Both the position numbers and the translations under genes were made by a program. Of a DNA stretch of 63,860 nucleotides, positions 54,577-63,860 are shown in pieces. The DNA is taken from contig JAZDLO010000235.1 of NCBI GenBank assembly GCA_043801935.1, positions 1 through 63,860 on the forward strand, in the 5' to 3' direction. The notes beneath the pieces were generated by a model. The model saw only the letters and a list, made by a program, of their open reading frames with translations. It was not told the origin of the DNA and ran no database searches. Each line of letters opens with the position of its first letter. Position 1 is the first letter of the stretch. The DNA comes from a bacterium (GTDB taxonomy: Bacteria > Actinomycetota > Thermoleophilia > RBG-16-64-13).

Positions 54577-55644
54577 ATGCGTCCGGTCGGCAGAGGAGAC
54601 AGAGGCAAGCAGGTCGTCGACATCCAGACGCGTCTGGCCGCATTGGATTTTTTCCTCGGCCGCGAAGGCGCCGATGGTTTCTTCGGCCCCCACACCGAGA
54701 GCGCCATACGTGCGTTCCAGCAGCGACGCTTGCTCCTCGCCGACGGTGTGGTCGAGGACAACACATGGACGGAGCTTGTGGAAGCAGGGTATGAACCGGG
54801 TGAGCGCCTGCTGTACCTGCGCGTGCCTTATATGCGAGGGGACGATGTGCTCTATCTGCAGCGCAAGCTCGACGAGTTGGGCTTCGATTGTGGTCCGGTG
54901 GACGGCATCTTCTCTCCGGCACTGGAGGTCGCGGTGACCGATTTCCAGCGGAATGCTGGGCTCAATGTCGACGGCATCGTGGGGGAGACCACCCTCGACC
55001 GGCTCCGCCGTCTCCGCCAGGTGAATCCTGACAACCACGCGGGAGGCATCCCCGATCGGATGGACGGTTACGTAGGAAGACGTTCCCTCCCCGGGCTGCG
55101 AGTGAGCATCGACCCGGCCCCTAGTGGCCCGGAGCGAGTCTCCCTGGAGAAAGATGGTCCGGTAGAGAATGATCTCAACCTCGCCTTGGGAAGACAGTTG
55201 GCTCACCTGCTCGAGAGCTCTGGGGCCCTCGTCTATCTGCTGGGCGAGATCGGTGCCGCGCTTCCGCTCTACGAGCGGACCGAGGCCGCGAACGCCTGGG
55301 GGCCGGACGTTCACGTGTGCATTCATCACAACTCTTTTGCCAACCCCCTGGCATGCGGAGCAGCGGCCTACTATTTCGCCAACCCCGTGTATCATTCCAG
55401 GAGCGGGAAACGTCTTGCGGGATACGTTGTGGACGCGCTTAGTCGCGAGTTGGGCCGGGTTGACCTGCGCAAGCATGGCCGCAACTACGCCTGCCTCCGC
55501 GAGGTAAAACCTCTGTCGGTCATGGTCGAGCCGGGCTTCTTGAATCACCCCGAAGAAGGCCCGCTTCTCGCCGATCCGGAAGTGATCTCCCGCGAAGCCT
55601 CTGCCATCCTGCACGGCATCGAAGCCTACCTGGCGCGTTTGTAG
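54577..55644 (+). CDS. CwlM-like protein: two PG-binding domains plus Amidase_3 domain
   Basis: DG.FG..T..A...FQ..R.L..DG twice; R.LYL..P..RGDDV..LQ.L..LGF; amidase fold with IDPAP, IHHN, VEPGFL. Confidence 0.85.
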   Translation: MRPVGRGDRGKQVVDIQTRLAALDFFLGREGADGFFGPHTESAIRAFQQRRLLLADGVVEDNTWTELVEAGYEPGERLLYLRVPYMRGDDVLYLQRKLDELGFDCGPVDGIFSPALEVAVTDFQRNAGLNVDGIVGETTLDRLRRLRQVNPDNHAGGIPDRMDGYVGRRSLPGLRVSIDPAPSGPERVSLEKDGPVENDLNLALGRQLAHLLESSGALVYLLGEIGAALPLYERTEAANAWGPDVHVCIHHNSFANPLACGAAAYYFANPVYHSRSGKRLAGYVVDALSRELGRVDLRKHGRNYACLREVKPLSVMVEPGFLNHPEEGPLLADPEVISREASAILHGIEAYLARL

Positions 55645-55705
55645 GGACTGCCGCTCGGCGCGGCACCCGGGGTCGCCGGCCGCCGCGCCGAGCAGATCGC
55701 TCCGG

Positions 55706-55734
55706 TTGGCCCCTGGCCAGGAAAATGGTAGAGT
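55706..55734 (+). promoter_or_regulatory. Promoter for the NlpC/P60 gene
   Basis: TTGGCC-17 nt-TAGAGT with extended -10 TG. Confidence 0.55.
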
Positions 55735-55799
55735 GCGTGGAACTTCGAGACGAGCGGCCTAGAGCCGCTTCAGCCCCGTAATCGATCAGGGAGGCTCCG

Positions 55800-56951
55800 A
55801 TCAACACCGGCAGGTCAGGCGGCATCGGGCGTCGTCTCATTTCGATCCTCCTCAGTGTCGCGGTCATCGCCCTGGTGGGCAGCAGTGTCGCATGGGCCGA
55901 GCCCGCTGCGATCACCCAGGCCAAGAGCGAGGCTGAGGCTCTGCAGGAGCGCATCGACGAGCTCGGCGACCAAATGGACGCCGCCGTCGAGGATTACAAC
56001 TACGCCAAGGCGAAGCTGAGCCAGACGAGGGCGGCCGCCGAGAAGACGCAAGGCAAGCTCACCCAAGCTGAGAAGGACCTGGACAAGGTCCGAGCTCAGC
56101 TTACCGAACGGGTGGTGGAGATCTACAAGCAGGGCCATCTGGGCATGCTTGACACCCTGGCGGGCGCTACCTCGTTCTCCGACCTCATCAACCGCCTCCG
56201 TCTGCTCGAACGCCTCAGTGCCCAGGACAGCGAGATGATCCAACAGGTAGAGACGTACCGGGACCGGGTGTCGGAGCGCAAGACCGAACTGGCCGCGCAG
56301 ATCGAAGAGGAAAAAGTGCTCGCCGCCGAGGCCGAGTCCGGCAGGGCGAAGGTAGAAGAAAGTCTCGCCGCCAATGAGCGCGCCCTTGCCGGCAAGGAGG
56401 CGCAGATCGCGCAGCTGCAGAAAGAGGAGGCGGCGCGGCAGGCGAAGCTGGCTGCGGAGGCCAAGAAGGCCGCCGAGGAGGCGGCCCGCAAGGCCGCGGC
56501 TGCGGCTGCGGCGGCTCAGAAGGCCAAGGCCGCGAGCAAGTCGACCAGCACGAAGACCTCAGGCGGCTCCGGCGGGGTAAGCGTCTCTGTTCCCGATTCG
56601 GCCAACACCAGCGACGTCGTATCGATCGCGATGAAGTATCTGGGGAGCCCGTACTTGTGGGCCGGTGCCAGTCCCAGCGGGTTCGACTGCTCGGGCTTCG
56701 TCATGTACGTGTACGCCAAGGTGGGCGTCAGCCTGCCGCACTCCAGCCGCATGCAGTACGAGTATGGGCAACCGGTATCAAGGGGCAACTTGCAGCCCGG
56801 TGATCTGGTGTTTTTCCACAACCCTATCAGTCACGTGGGCATCTACATCGGTGACGGGAAGATGATCGATGCCGCGGGCACGGGCAAGGACGTGCGCATC
56901 AGCAACGTGTGGCGCAGCAGCTACACTGGCGCCCGCCGCATCATCCCTTAG
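55800..56951 (+). CDS. Secreted coiled-coil NlpC/P60 peptidoglycan endopeptidase
   Basis: PY.WAG..P.GFDCSG, PGDLVFF...SHVGIY.G; complete signal peptide only if started at ATC 55800 (track start 55875). Confidence 0.9.
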   Translation: MNTGRSGGIGRRLISILLSVAVIALVGSSVAWAEPAAITQAKSEAEALQERIDELGDQMDAAVEDYNYAKAKLSQTRAAAEKTQGKLTQAEKDLDKVRAQLTERVVEIYKQGHLGMLDTLAGATSFSDLINRLRLLERLSAQDSEMIQQVETYRDRVSERKTELAAQIEEEKVLAAEAESGRAKVEESLAANERALAGKEAQIAQLQKEEAARQAKLAAEAKKAAEEAARKAAAAAAAAQKAKAASKSTSTKTSGGSGGVSVSVPDSANTSDVVSIAMKYLGSPYLWAGASPSGFDCSGFVMYVYAKVGVSLPHSSRMQYEYGQPVSRGNLQPGDLVFFHNPISHVGIYIGDGKMIDAAGTGKDVRISNVWRSSYTGARRIIP

Positions 56952-56963
56952 ATACAGGTGCGT

Positions 56964-57986
56964 ATGGGCGTTCCCGCCGTCTATTACCATCCGCTGTTCC
57001 TCAAGCACGAGACGGGTGAGCATCCCGAGAACAAAGAACGCCTCGTGGTCGCCAGGCGGACCCTTCTCGATAGCGACCTCGAACTGGAGTGGGTCACGCC
57101 TGATCCGGCGCCTACGGAGGCGATCGCACGGGTCCACGACCCTGCCTACATCGAAACCGTTCGCGAGACGGCCGAGAGCGGTGGGGGCTGGCTGGACTGG
57201 GACACCGCCGTGTCTCCCCACTCCTATGAGGCTGCCCGTTTGGCCGCGGGTTCGGGCTTGGCGGCAGTCGACCGCTGCCTGTCCACCGGGCAGCTCGCCT
57301 TCATGCTCGTCCGGCCTCCGGGCCACCATGCCTGTCACTCGCGGGGCATGGGCTTCTGCCTCTTCAACAACATAGCCGTGGCTGCGGCCCATGCCCTCGA
57401 TGGACTGGGGTTGGAGCGGGTGCTTATCGTAGACTGGGATGTGCACCACGGCAACGGGACGCAGGCCGCCTTCTACGACGATCCTCGGGTGCTCTTCTTC
57501 AGCATGCACGAGGGAGGCCATTTTCCCGGCACCGGTTTGGCCAAGGAGGTCGGGAGCGGTGACGCAGCCGGCTACACGGTCAACGTGCCCCTGCGCGCCG
57601 GCCAGTCCGACGGTGCGGTCCTCCTGGCCTTCGAATCGCTCCTTGCGCCCGTGGCCCGGGCTTTCAAGCCACAGCTGGTGCTTGTCTCAGCCGGGTACGA
57701 CCCTCAAGAAGGAGACCCCCTCGGCGACCTCCGCTTCTCGGAGGCATCATTTCAGTGGATGGCGGCCCGCCTGCTGGCGCTTACGCAGGAGGTGGGCGCC
57801 GCCGGGCCTCTGTGCTTCCTCGAAGGTGGGTATGTGCCGGACATGTTGGCTGCCTCCATCGTCGCTACCTTGAAGGGCCTGCTGGGTGAGTCCCCGCCGT
57901 TCGAGCGCGTGGTCTCCGATACCGAGCTCGGTGACGTGCGCGACGCGCTGGAGGAAGTCCGCCCCTACTGGAAAGGTGTGCTCTAA
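56964..57986 (+). CDS. Zn-dependent histone deacetylase-family protein (AcuC/APAH-like)
   Basis: HPE...R, RPPGHHA, GFCLFNN, DWDVHHGNGTQ, SAGYD, EGGY. Confidence 0.94.
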   Translation: MGVPAVYYHPLFLKHETGEHPENKERLVVARRTLLDSDLELEWVTPDPAPTEAIARVHDPAYIETVRETAESGGGWLDWDTAVSPHSYEAARLAAGSGLAAVDRCLSTGQLAFMLVRPPGHHACHSRGMGFCLFNNIAVAAAHALDGLGLERVLIVDWDVHHGNGTQAAFYDDPRVLFFSMHEGGHFPGTGLAKEVGSGDAAGYTVNVPLRAGQSDGAVLLAFESLLAPVARAFKPQLVLVSAGYDPQEGDPLGDLRFSEASFQWMAARLLALTQEVGAAGPLCFLEGGYVPDMLAASIVATLKGLLGESPPFERVVSDTELGDVRDALEEVRPYWKGVL

Positions 57987-58077
57987 CTCAAAATCCCCTT
58001 AAGTCTCAGGCCGTTTGCACCGACACACTATGAGGAGAGATAGTCGGGCGCGGGCCCACGAGGGTCTGGAGGGGTCC

Positions 58078-59166
58078 ATGAAGAGCGTAGATGAACTATT
58101 GCAGAAGGTGGTGGAGGCGGGTGCCTCTGACCTCCATCTAAAGGTGGGCAGTCCCCCGACGATCCGGGTGGACGGGGAACTCAGCGAATTGGACGAGCCG
58201 TCCTGCTCGCCCGAAGACACGAAGGATTACGCCGCCTCGCTCATGAGCGAGAAACAGATCCGGCGTTTCAGCGAGACCAACGAGATCGACTTCGCCTACA
58301 GCGCTCCGAACGTAGGCCGCTACCGCATCAACATCTACCGGCAACGGGGCACCATCTCCATCGCCCTGCGCCAAGTCGTGACCCGGGTACCCAATTTCAG
58401 CGAGTTGAACCTGCCCCCGGTTGTGCAGAAGCTGGCCCTTGAGCCGCGAGGAATGGTTCTGGTGACCGGCACCACCGGTTCGGGCAAGACCACCACTCTG
58501 GCGGCCATGATCGACCATATCAACAACCATCTGCGCAGGCACATCGTCACTATCGAGGACCCCATCGAGATCCTGCACCAGGATCGCAAGTGCATCGTGA
58601 ACCAGCGCGAGGTGGGCCTCGATACCGAGAACTACGGAACGGCGCTCAAGTACGTGTTGCGCCAGGACCCGGATATCATCTTGATCGGGGAGATGCGCGA
58701 CCAGGAGACGGTGCGCACCGCCCTGACCGCTGCTCAGACCGGTCACTTCGTCCTCAGCACCCTGCACACCATCGACGTGACGGAGACGGTCAACCGCATA
58801 ATCGACTTCTTCCCCCTCTACCAGCAGAAGCAGGTGCGGATCATGCTGGCAGGCTCGCTGCGGGGCATCATCTCTCAGCGTCTGCTGGTGCGTGCCGATG
58901 GGGAGGGGCGGGTCCCGGCCGTGGAGGCCATGGTCATGACCGGACGCATCCGCGATCTGATCCTCGATCCGGCGCAGACCCACAACGTCCGCACGGCCGT
59001 GCAGGAAGGCGACTTCTACGGCATGCAGACGTTCGATCAGAGCCTGCTTGGCCTGTATGAGCGGGGTCTGGTCAATCTCACCGACGCACAGTTGATGGCG
59101 ACCAGCCCCCACGATTTCCGACTTATGGTGCAGGCACGCGGTCACGAAGTGCCGGTGGTCGGGTAG
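58078..59166 (+). CDS. pilT: Type IV pilus retraction ATPase PilT/PilU family
   Basis: ASDLHL, GTTGSGKTT, TIEDPIE, LRQDPD.I.IGEMRD, TGH.V.STLH, GMQTFDQ. Confidence 0.9.
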   Translation: MKSVDELLQKVVEAGASDLHLKVGSPPTIRVDGELSELDEPSCSPEDTKDYAASLMSEKQIRRFSETNEIDFAYSAPNVGRYRINIYRQRGTISIALRQVVTRVPNFSELNLPPVVQKLALEPRGMVLVTGTTGSGKTTTLAAMIDHINNHLRRHIVTIEDPIEILHQDRKCIVNQREVGLDTENYGTALKYVLRQDPDIILIGEMRDQETVRTALTAAQTGHFVLSTLHTIDVTETVNRIIDFFPLYQQKQVRIMLAGSLRGIISQRLLVRADGEGRVPAVEAMVMTGRIRDLILDPAQTHNVRTAVQEGDFYGMQTFDQSLLGLYERGLVNLTDAQLMATSPHDFRLMVQARGHEVPVVG

Positions 59167-59239
59167 CAACGGCGGTCGATCTGTAGAAAGAGGCGCCGTT
59201 GCCCTCGGCCATACGCGCCACCGCGACGAGGCGGCCCAC

Positions 59240-59686
59240 CTAGGTCCGAGCTCGGGGCGCCCTCGTTGCCTGCTTGTCAGGGCGACGGGTGGTCGTCCTC
59301 TCACGCCCGGATGGCCGCGCTTTCTCTTTGCTCTTGAAGCCCACGAGCCAGTTGATCACTCCGGTCAGAACCGACACAAACGCCGCAGCCACCAGGATCC
59401 ACACGAAGCTAGTCACAGTCAGCGCTGCCCCAGCCCAGATGAAGAGCTGGAGTATGAGGGCGTTGATCAGCACCGTCAGCACGGTCGCTATGAGGGCTAT
59501 GAACGGCTTGCTCCGCGCCCGGCGTAGGGGGCGCACGAAGCTGCCGAGCAGCCCCAGGAGCAGGGCCAGGATCAACGCCACCCATGCCGCTGTCAGCTGG
59601 AATCTGCCCCTTGCCACGGTGTCCAGAAGGTAGAGCGCCAGGAAGATGGCGAGCGCGTTCGCGGTCCAGCGTAACCAGGACTTCAC
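59240..59686 (-). CDS. YvlD/DUF360 ('phage holin 4' family) membrane protein
   Basis: W..NALA, ALLLGLL..FVRP, .INAL.L, four TM helices; GTG 59686 overlaps the WYL stop (GTGA) with GGAGG upstream. Confidence 0.8.
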   Translation of the reverse strand: MKSWLRWTANALAIFLALYLLDTVARGRFQLTAAWVALILALLLGLLGSFVRPLRRARSKPFIALIATVLTVLINALILQLFIWAGAALTVTSFVWILVAAAFVSVLTGVINWLVGFKSKEKARPSGRERTTTRRPDKQATRAPRART

Positions 59687-61809
59687 GCCTCGCCTCCCGC
59701 GCGGCCGGTGGCGGACGGGGTCTGACATGCGGTCTCATAGCGCAGCGCAAGCGCAGAGGCCAATTCACCGACCAGCTGTCTCGTCGAGGCCGGGTGCTCG
59801 AGCACCGCATCCCCGAGATAGCGGATGATCTCTTGGGCCATCCAGTGGTCGTCCAGATAGGGCATGCGGACCTTCAAGGAACCATCGGGGCCAGGTTCGC
59901 AGTGCGCTCCCCGATCTTCGAGATGGGTGCGCCAACGCGGATCGAAGCGGACGATCGCCCAGATGGCCACGTCGTCGGGTGAAAACGCCTGTCCGGTCTG
60001 ACGCACAGCGAGGTCTACAGCGGGGCGCGGGACGAAGCCTGTATCGACGGGGCGAGCGCTTCGGATGCGCTCCAGCTTGAACGTGCGCTGCCCATCAGCC
60101 ATGAGGCAGTAGGCTTCCAGATACCACCCATCCCGGGAGCGAAAGAGCAGGTACGGTTCCACCTGTCTTTAGCTGAGTTCGTGCCGGGACGAGGTGAAGT
60201 ACTCGAGTACGACGACCTGGCGGTCCCGGATGGCGTGGTTGAGCACCTCGACGATGTCGTGATCGGGAGGGGGCAGGTCGTCGACGATGATGGTGCTCTC
60301 TCGGGCATCGGAACCGACCAGGGCCCAGACCTTCTCGCGTATCGAGGCGAGGGAATCCATGCCCTCCAAAGCGACTGCGTCGCCCAGGAGATCGAGTGCC
60401 AGCAAGAGCGCGCGCCCCATGACCGGTGACAGCCGCGCCGGGTGGGCGAAGATGCCGGCCATGACGTCGCGGATCACCCGGACCCCTTCATCGCAGGCTT
60501 CCGCGGTGAGGGCATACGTGCCCCCGCCGAAATTGACCAGGTTGATCAAGGACAGGTCGGTCTCGACCTCAGCGCGTGTGAGCCCCAGGTCGTCTTCGAG
60601 CGACCGCCAGGTGACCAGATCCGATCTTTGCTCGTCCACCAGGTAGTGGAGGAGGGCCATCGCCCGGACGAGATGCTCGGGTGCGATGGGATCGGGCTTG
60701 CCTCGGGGCCCCTTCTGCGAGCGAGACCGTGGGGGACGGCCGCCTGCCATCGTCCCGTCGCCTGCCATCGTCCCGTCGCCTGCGGCCGCCCCGTCGCCGG
60801 CCACCGTCCCTTCGTGGACCCGGCGTACTAACGACAGGTCCTGCCGCAAGCGTTCGCGCAACTCTAGAGGTTCCAGCAGCTCGCCGCACACGCCCAGGCC
60901 GACCACCCAAGAGAGAAGCACTCGCTCGTCCGCATAGGGGGCGGAAAACCGGGTGCAACCATCGGCGTCGTCAGCAAGCCAGGCGATGTGGGGCTCCAAC
61001 CGCGCGACCCACCAAGCCAGGTCATCGTTCACCTTGATGGTAGCCGCTCCTCGCACCGGGCCGATAAGCCAAGGCGGACGGGCCCGATACTCCTCAGGAT
61101 GGTAGTCCAGGGGAACGGAGAAGTCGCGTGTCTTCTCGGTGAGGAAAGACACCGTCCCTTGGATCCTGCCCACCCGGAACGTGCGGATGGCCCGGCGTGT
61201 GTGGTCGGAACCCACCACATACCAGCGACCCTGGATAAGGAAGAGGCTATAGGGGTCGAGAGTGCGCTCTTCCGGACTCCCGCCGGTGGATGGGTAGAGA
61301 AAGCGGACCGTCTTACCCCGCGTCACGGCATCCTCCAACCGGGCCAACTGCTTGCCGGCCCGTTGGGCGTCTTCGTCGGGGGCGAGCACCACCGGCAGCC
61401 GTTGCAGTTCGTCACGCATCGGGTCCGGTCGCCCTTGGGAGATGGCGGTGAGTGCCAGCCGCAAGGGCCGGGCGTAGGCGAACCGTCCGTCCAGGGCAGC
61501 CAGGGCCAGAGCGAGGGCATGCAGCTCCGCCGGGGTGAACTCGACGCCCGGGAGGCGGAAGTCTTCCTCGGGTAGGAAGTACAACTGCGAGTCGGCCGCC
61601 TCGGCGTCGCTCACGCTTCTGATCTCTATGCCGATCTTGGCGAGGTCAGTCCTATCGCCGTGAAAGCGACGCGCGAACGTATCGTCGGTCATCTCCGCGT
61701 ACCCCTCTACGGACTCCTGCACTTCCCGCGCCGTGAACGGGCGCGGCTGGCTCAGCAGAAAGGAAAGGAGCGACAGCTGGCGTATGAGCTTGTCCTCGTC
61801 GCGGCTCAT
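59683..61809 (-). pseudogene. pafBC: PafB-PafC fusion (HTH-WYL-WCX x2) interrupted by an in-frame TAA at 60169-60171
   Basis: Two HTH-WYL modules (RTLDPY...WYVVG...RTFRVGRI; RQVEPY...WYLEAYC...RTFKLERI); ORFs 60169-61809 and 59683-60162 share a frame across ELS*RQVEPY. Confidence 0.8.
60741..60812 (-). repeat. Four 18-nt tandem units in the PafB-PafC linker
   Basis: CGCCTGCCATCGTCCCGT twice exact plus two degenerate copies; peptide GTVAGD-GAAAGD-GTMAGD-GTMAGG. Confidence 0.85.
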
Positions 61810-61880
61810 GCGGTAAGACTAGCGCAGAAGTGCCTCACTGGTCAGTATCTATCCGGACAGGGCCTTACAATGACCGTGAC

Positions 61881-63860
61881 ATGAGTAGATCGCCACATAC
61901 GAGCGATGCGCCACCCGGCCAGGATGCCCGGCCCGGGTCGCCCGGACTGACCCTCGTCCTCGGGCCCGCAAATTCGGGCAAGATGGGCTACGCCCTCGAG
62001 TGGTGGCGCGCGAGGCTTTCCCTGCATCCCCTCGTCGTAGCGCCGACCGGTCCCGACTCCCAGGAATTGACCGCGGACATGGTCCGCCGTGCGGGGGCTC
62101 TCGTCGGCCAGTCCCCCGCCCTGACTTTCGACGGTCTGGTGCGGGTCATCCTGCAGCGGCCCCCGCGCCGCCTGACCGAGTTCGAGCGGAGTCTTGTGAT
62201 GTCCCGGCTGCTGCGGCGGACGCCGTTGCGGTCGTTGGACAAGGTGGCCTTCCTCCCGGGCGCTGCGACCTCGCTGGCGGCATTGCTGCAACAACTAGGC
62301 GAGAGCGGCAGGACTTCGGAAGAGCTTGACGAGATCCTGACCCTATGGACGCGGTCGGAGCCCGGTGCGGCGGGTCTGGCCGACGACATCCGGCGCCTCA
62401 ACGAAGCCTACGCGGACGCGCGCGATGGGTGGGGTCTCACCGATGGCCCAGCAGCGGTGCGTCACGCCGCCCGCGAGGTCGCCCAGGAGGCAAGGGACTG
62501 GGTGAGGCCGGTGGCCTTCTATGGATTCACTTCCTTCACGCCGGGGCAACGGGCGTTGATCGAGGCTTTGTCTCGCCGGGGACCGGTGCTGGTCACGCTT
62601 CCGTACGAGCGCTCGCGGCCGGCCAACTTGAGCACAGCGTCCGAGGTCTCATCGTGGAAGACCATCGCCACCGAGATAGTGGAACTCACTCCTCAGGTGC
62701 CTGCCTACTCCTCGCCGGCCATAGCCTATCTCGAGCGTCACTTCTTGGGCGATCCGCCTCTTCCCGATCCTCCCTCAGCACTCTCCGGGCCTCAAGGGGT
62801 CCGTTTTCTGCTTGCCTCTGGACAGCGCAACGAGGCCGAGTTGGCGGCTCAGCACATCTCCGCTCTCATACGAGAAGGCTTCCGCCCCGGAAACATCGCC
62901 GTCATCGTGCGCCGGATGCGGGCGTGGAGCGGCCTTCTTTCCCAGGTGTTCGATTCATGCGGCATCCCTTATCGCGTCGACGATCGGTGCACGTTCGCAG
63001 AGACCGGGCTGGGCAATGCCTTGCTCAGCGCGGTCAGGGGGGTGATACGCGACGATGCGGAAGCCATCCTCGCCTACCTACGCTGCCCCTACAGCGGGCT
63101 CGACATCGAGGCGGCAAGCGACCTGGAACTTCACTACCGGCGCGGCGCCGCCCGGGGGGCGCGCGCACTGGCCGAAATCGGAGAACACCGGCATCAGGGT
63201 GGGTTCGAACCCCTGTGGAGCGCTCTTGGCGCTGGTGAAGGTGGTCTGCGTGTCGACGTGTCCAGCCTGGAGGGCCTGGGTCGGCGCATGGTCATCGCCG
63301 GTCTGCGCGGCGCGGCCCAGGGCAGCCGGGAAATGGAAGAAGACGCCCGCGCGTTTCGCGCCCTTGGCGGAGCGCTCTCGACGTTAGAAGCTCTGACTTC
63401 CGGCGGTGATGCCTCCGAATGGCTGGATCCTGAGGCGGTGCTGCCGGCGCTGGCGAAGGTCACGGTTCCGGCTAGCCGCTCCGAGGCTCGGGACGCGGTG
63501 CATGTTCTCAGCGTTCAGCGGGCACGGGCCCGACGCTTTGACGCGGTGGTGGTCCTAGGGTTGGTCGAAGGCGAGTTCCCGGGGCGGCCGGACACGCCGT
63601 CTCTGCTCACCGGCGCCCAGCGAGCGCGCATCGACTCGTTGGCAGGAGGGGGGCTTCTCCCGCCGGAAGCGGATCAAGAGGGGGCGCTGTTCGCGAGCGC
63701 AGTCTCTCGAGCTTGGCAGCTGCTCTTCCTGAGCGCGCGGGATGCTGATGACGGCGGGGGACAGGCCATGCCCTCCTACTTCTGGCATATGGCCAAGGAA
63801 CTACTTCGGGTGGGCGTGGTCGAGCACGAGCGACGGACTTTGGCCGATCTGACCTTCGAC
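61881..63860 (+). CDS. addB: AddB/RexB-like helicase-nuclease subunit (3' truncated; absent from the ORF track because no stop is in the window)
   Basis: Manual translation: LTLVLGPANSGK, FYGFTSFT..Q..LIE.L, E.E..A..I..L...G.....IAVIVR, VVVLGL.EG.FP, F..AVSRA...L.LS, PSYF. Confidence 0.8.
   Translation, partial: MSRSPHTSDAPPGQDARPGSPGLTLVLGPANSGKMGYALEWWRARLSLHPLVVAPTGPDSQELTADMVRRAGALVGQSPALTFDGLVRVILQRPPRRLTEFERSLVMSRLLRRTPLRSLDKVAFLPGAATSLAALLQQLGESGRTSEELDEILTLWTRSEPGAAGLADDIRRLNEAYADARDGWGLTDGPAAVRHAAREVAQEARDWVRPVAFYGFTSFTPGQRALIEALSRRGPVLVTLPYERSRPANLSTASEVSSWKTIATEIVELTPQVPAYSSPAIAYLERHFLGDPPLPDPPSALSGPQGVRFLLASGQRNEAELAAQHISALIREGFRPGNIAVIVRRMRAWSGLLSQVFDSCGIPYRVDDRCTFAETGLGNALLSAVRGVIRDDAEAILAYLRCPYSGLDIEAASDLELHYRRGAARGARALAEIGEHRHQGGFEPLWSALGAGEGGLRVDVSSLEGLGRRMVIAGLRGAAQGSREMEEDARAFRALGGALSTLEALTSGGDASEWLDPEAVLPALAKVTVPASRSEARDAVHVLSVQRARARRFDAVVVLGLVEGEFPGRPDTPSLLTGAQRARIDSLAGGGLLPPEADQEGALFASAVSRAWQLLFLSARDADDGGGQAMPSYFWHMAKELLRVGVVEHERRTLADLTFD

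Noticed and set aside
59240-59686. Prophage lysis gene
   Set aside because: The YvlD/DUF360 family is a common chromosomal membrane protein; no phage genes nearby.
60169-60171. Selenocysteine or pyrrolysine recoding of the pafBC internal stop
   Set aside because: The codon is TAA, not TGA or TAG, and TAA terminates other genes in the window (uvrB, mqnD).
60741-60812. CRISPR-like arrays at the tandem repeats (also 22276-22365, 52126-52200)
   Set aside because: In-frame coding minisatellites without spacers; no cas genes.

Overview
High-GC chromosomal window, most consistent with a deep-branching Actinomycetota lineage such as Thermoleophilia. This is an inference from the PafBC fusion, CwlM-like protein, class F sortase, many leaderless starts and the rpsT-murJ-lepA-hemW-hrcA-dnaJ-prmA order. 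Most of it is housekeeping: coaE, slt, uvrB, leuS, acs, a 2-oxoacid dehydrogenase cluster, mqnB/mqnD, comEA/comEC/holA, rpsT, murJ, lepA to prmA, rnr, smpB, tmRNA, cell-wall enzymes, pilT and an addB-like gene running off the end. Signals the ORF track does not explain: (1) a variant c-di-GMP-II-type riboswitch with an extra hairpin, behind a clean sigma70 promoter, heading a surface-protein plus class F sortase pair just after ssrA; (2) a NiCo/czcD-type metal riboswitch with an overlapping terminator before a CDF transporter; (3) a decayed integron relic (frameshifted IntI C-terminus and a frameshifted antitoxin-like gene) beside an intact katG between murJ and lepA; (4) a 12-heme NrfH/NapC-type cytochrome inside rnr-smpB-ssrA; (5) an E1a-E1b-nitroreductase-E2 cluster with no E3, coupled to menaquinone genes; (6) a PafB-PafC fusion broken by one in-frame TAA, head-to-head with addB; (7) a probable ATC start codon for an NlpC/P60 hydrolase. 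I found no CRISPR array, prophage, intact IS, rRNA or tRNA. All family calls come from reading motifs by eye; no searches were run.
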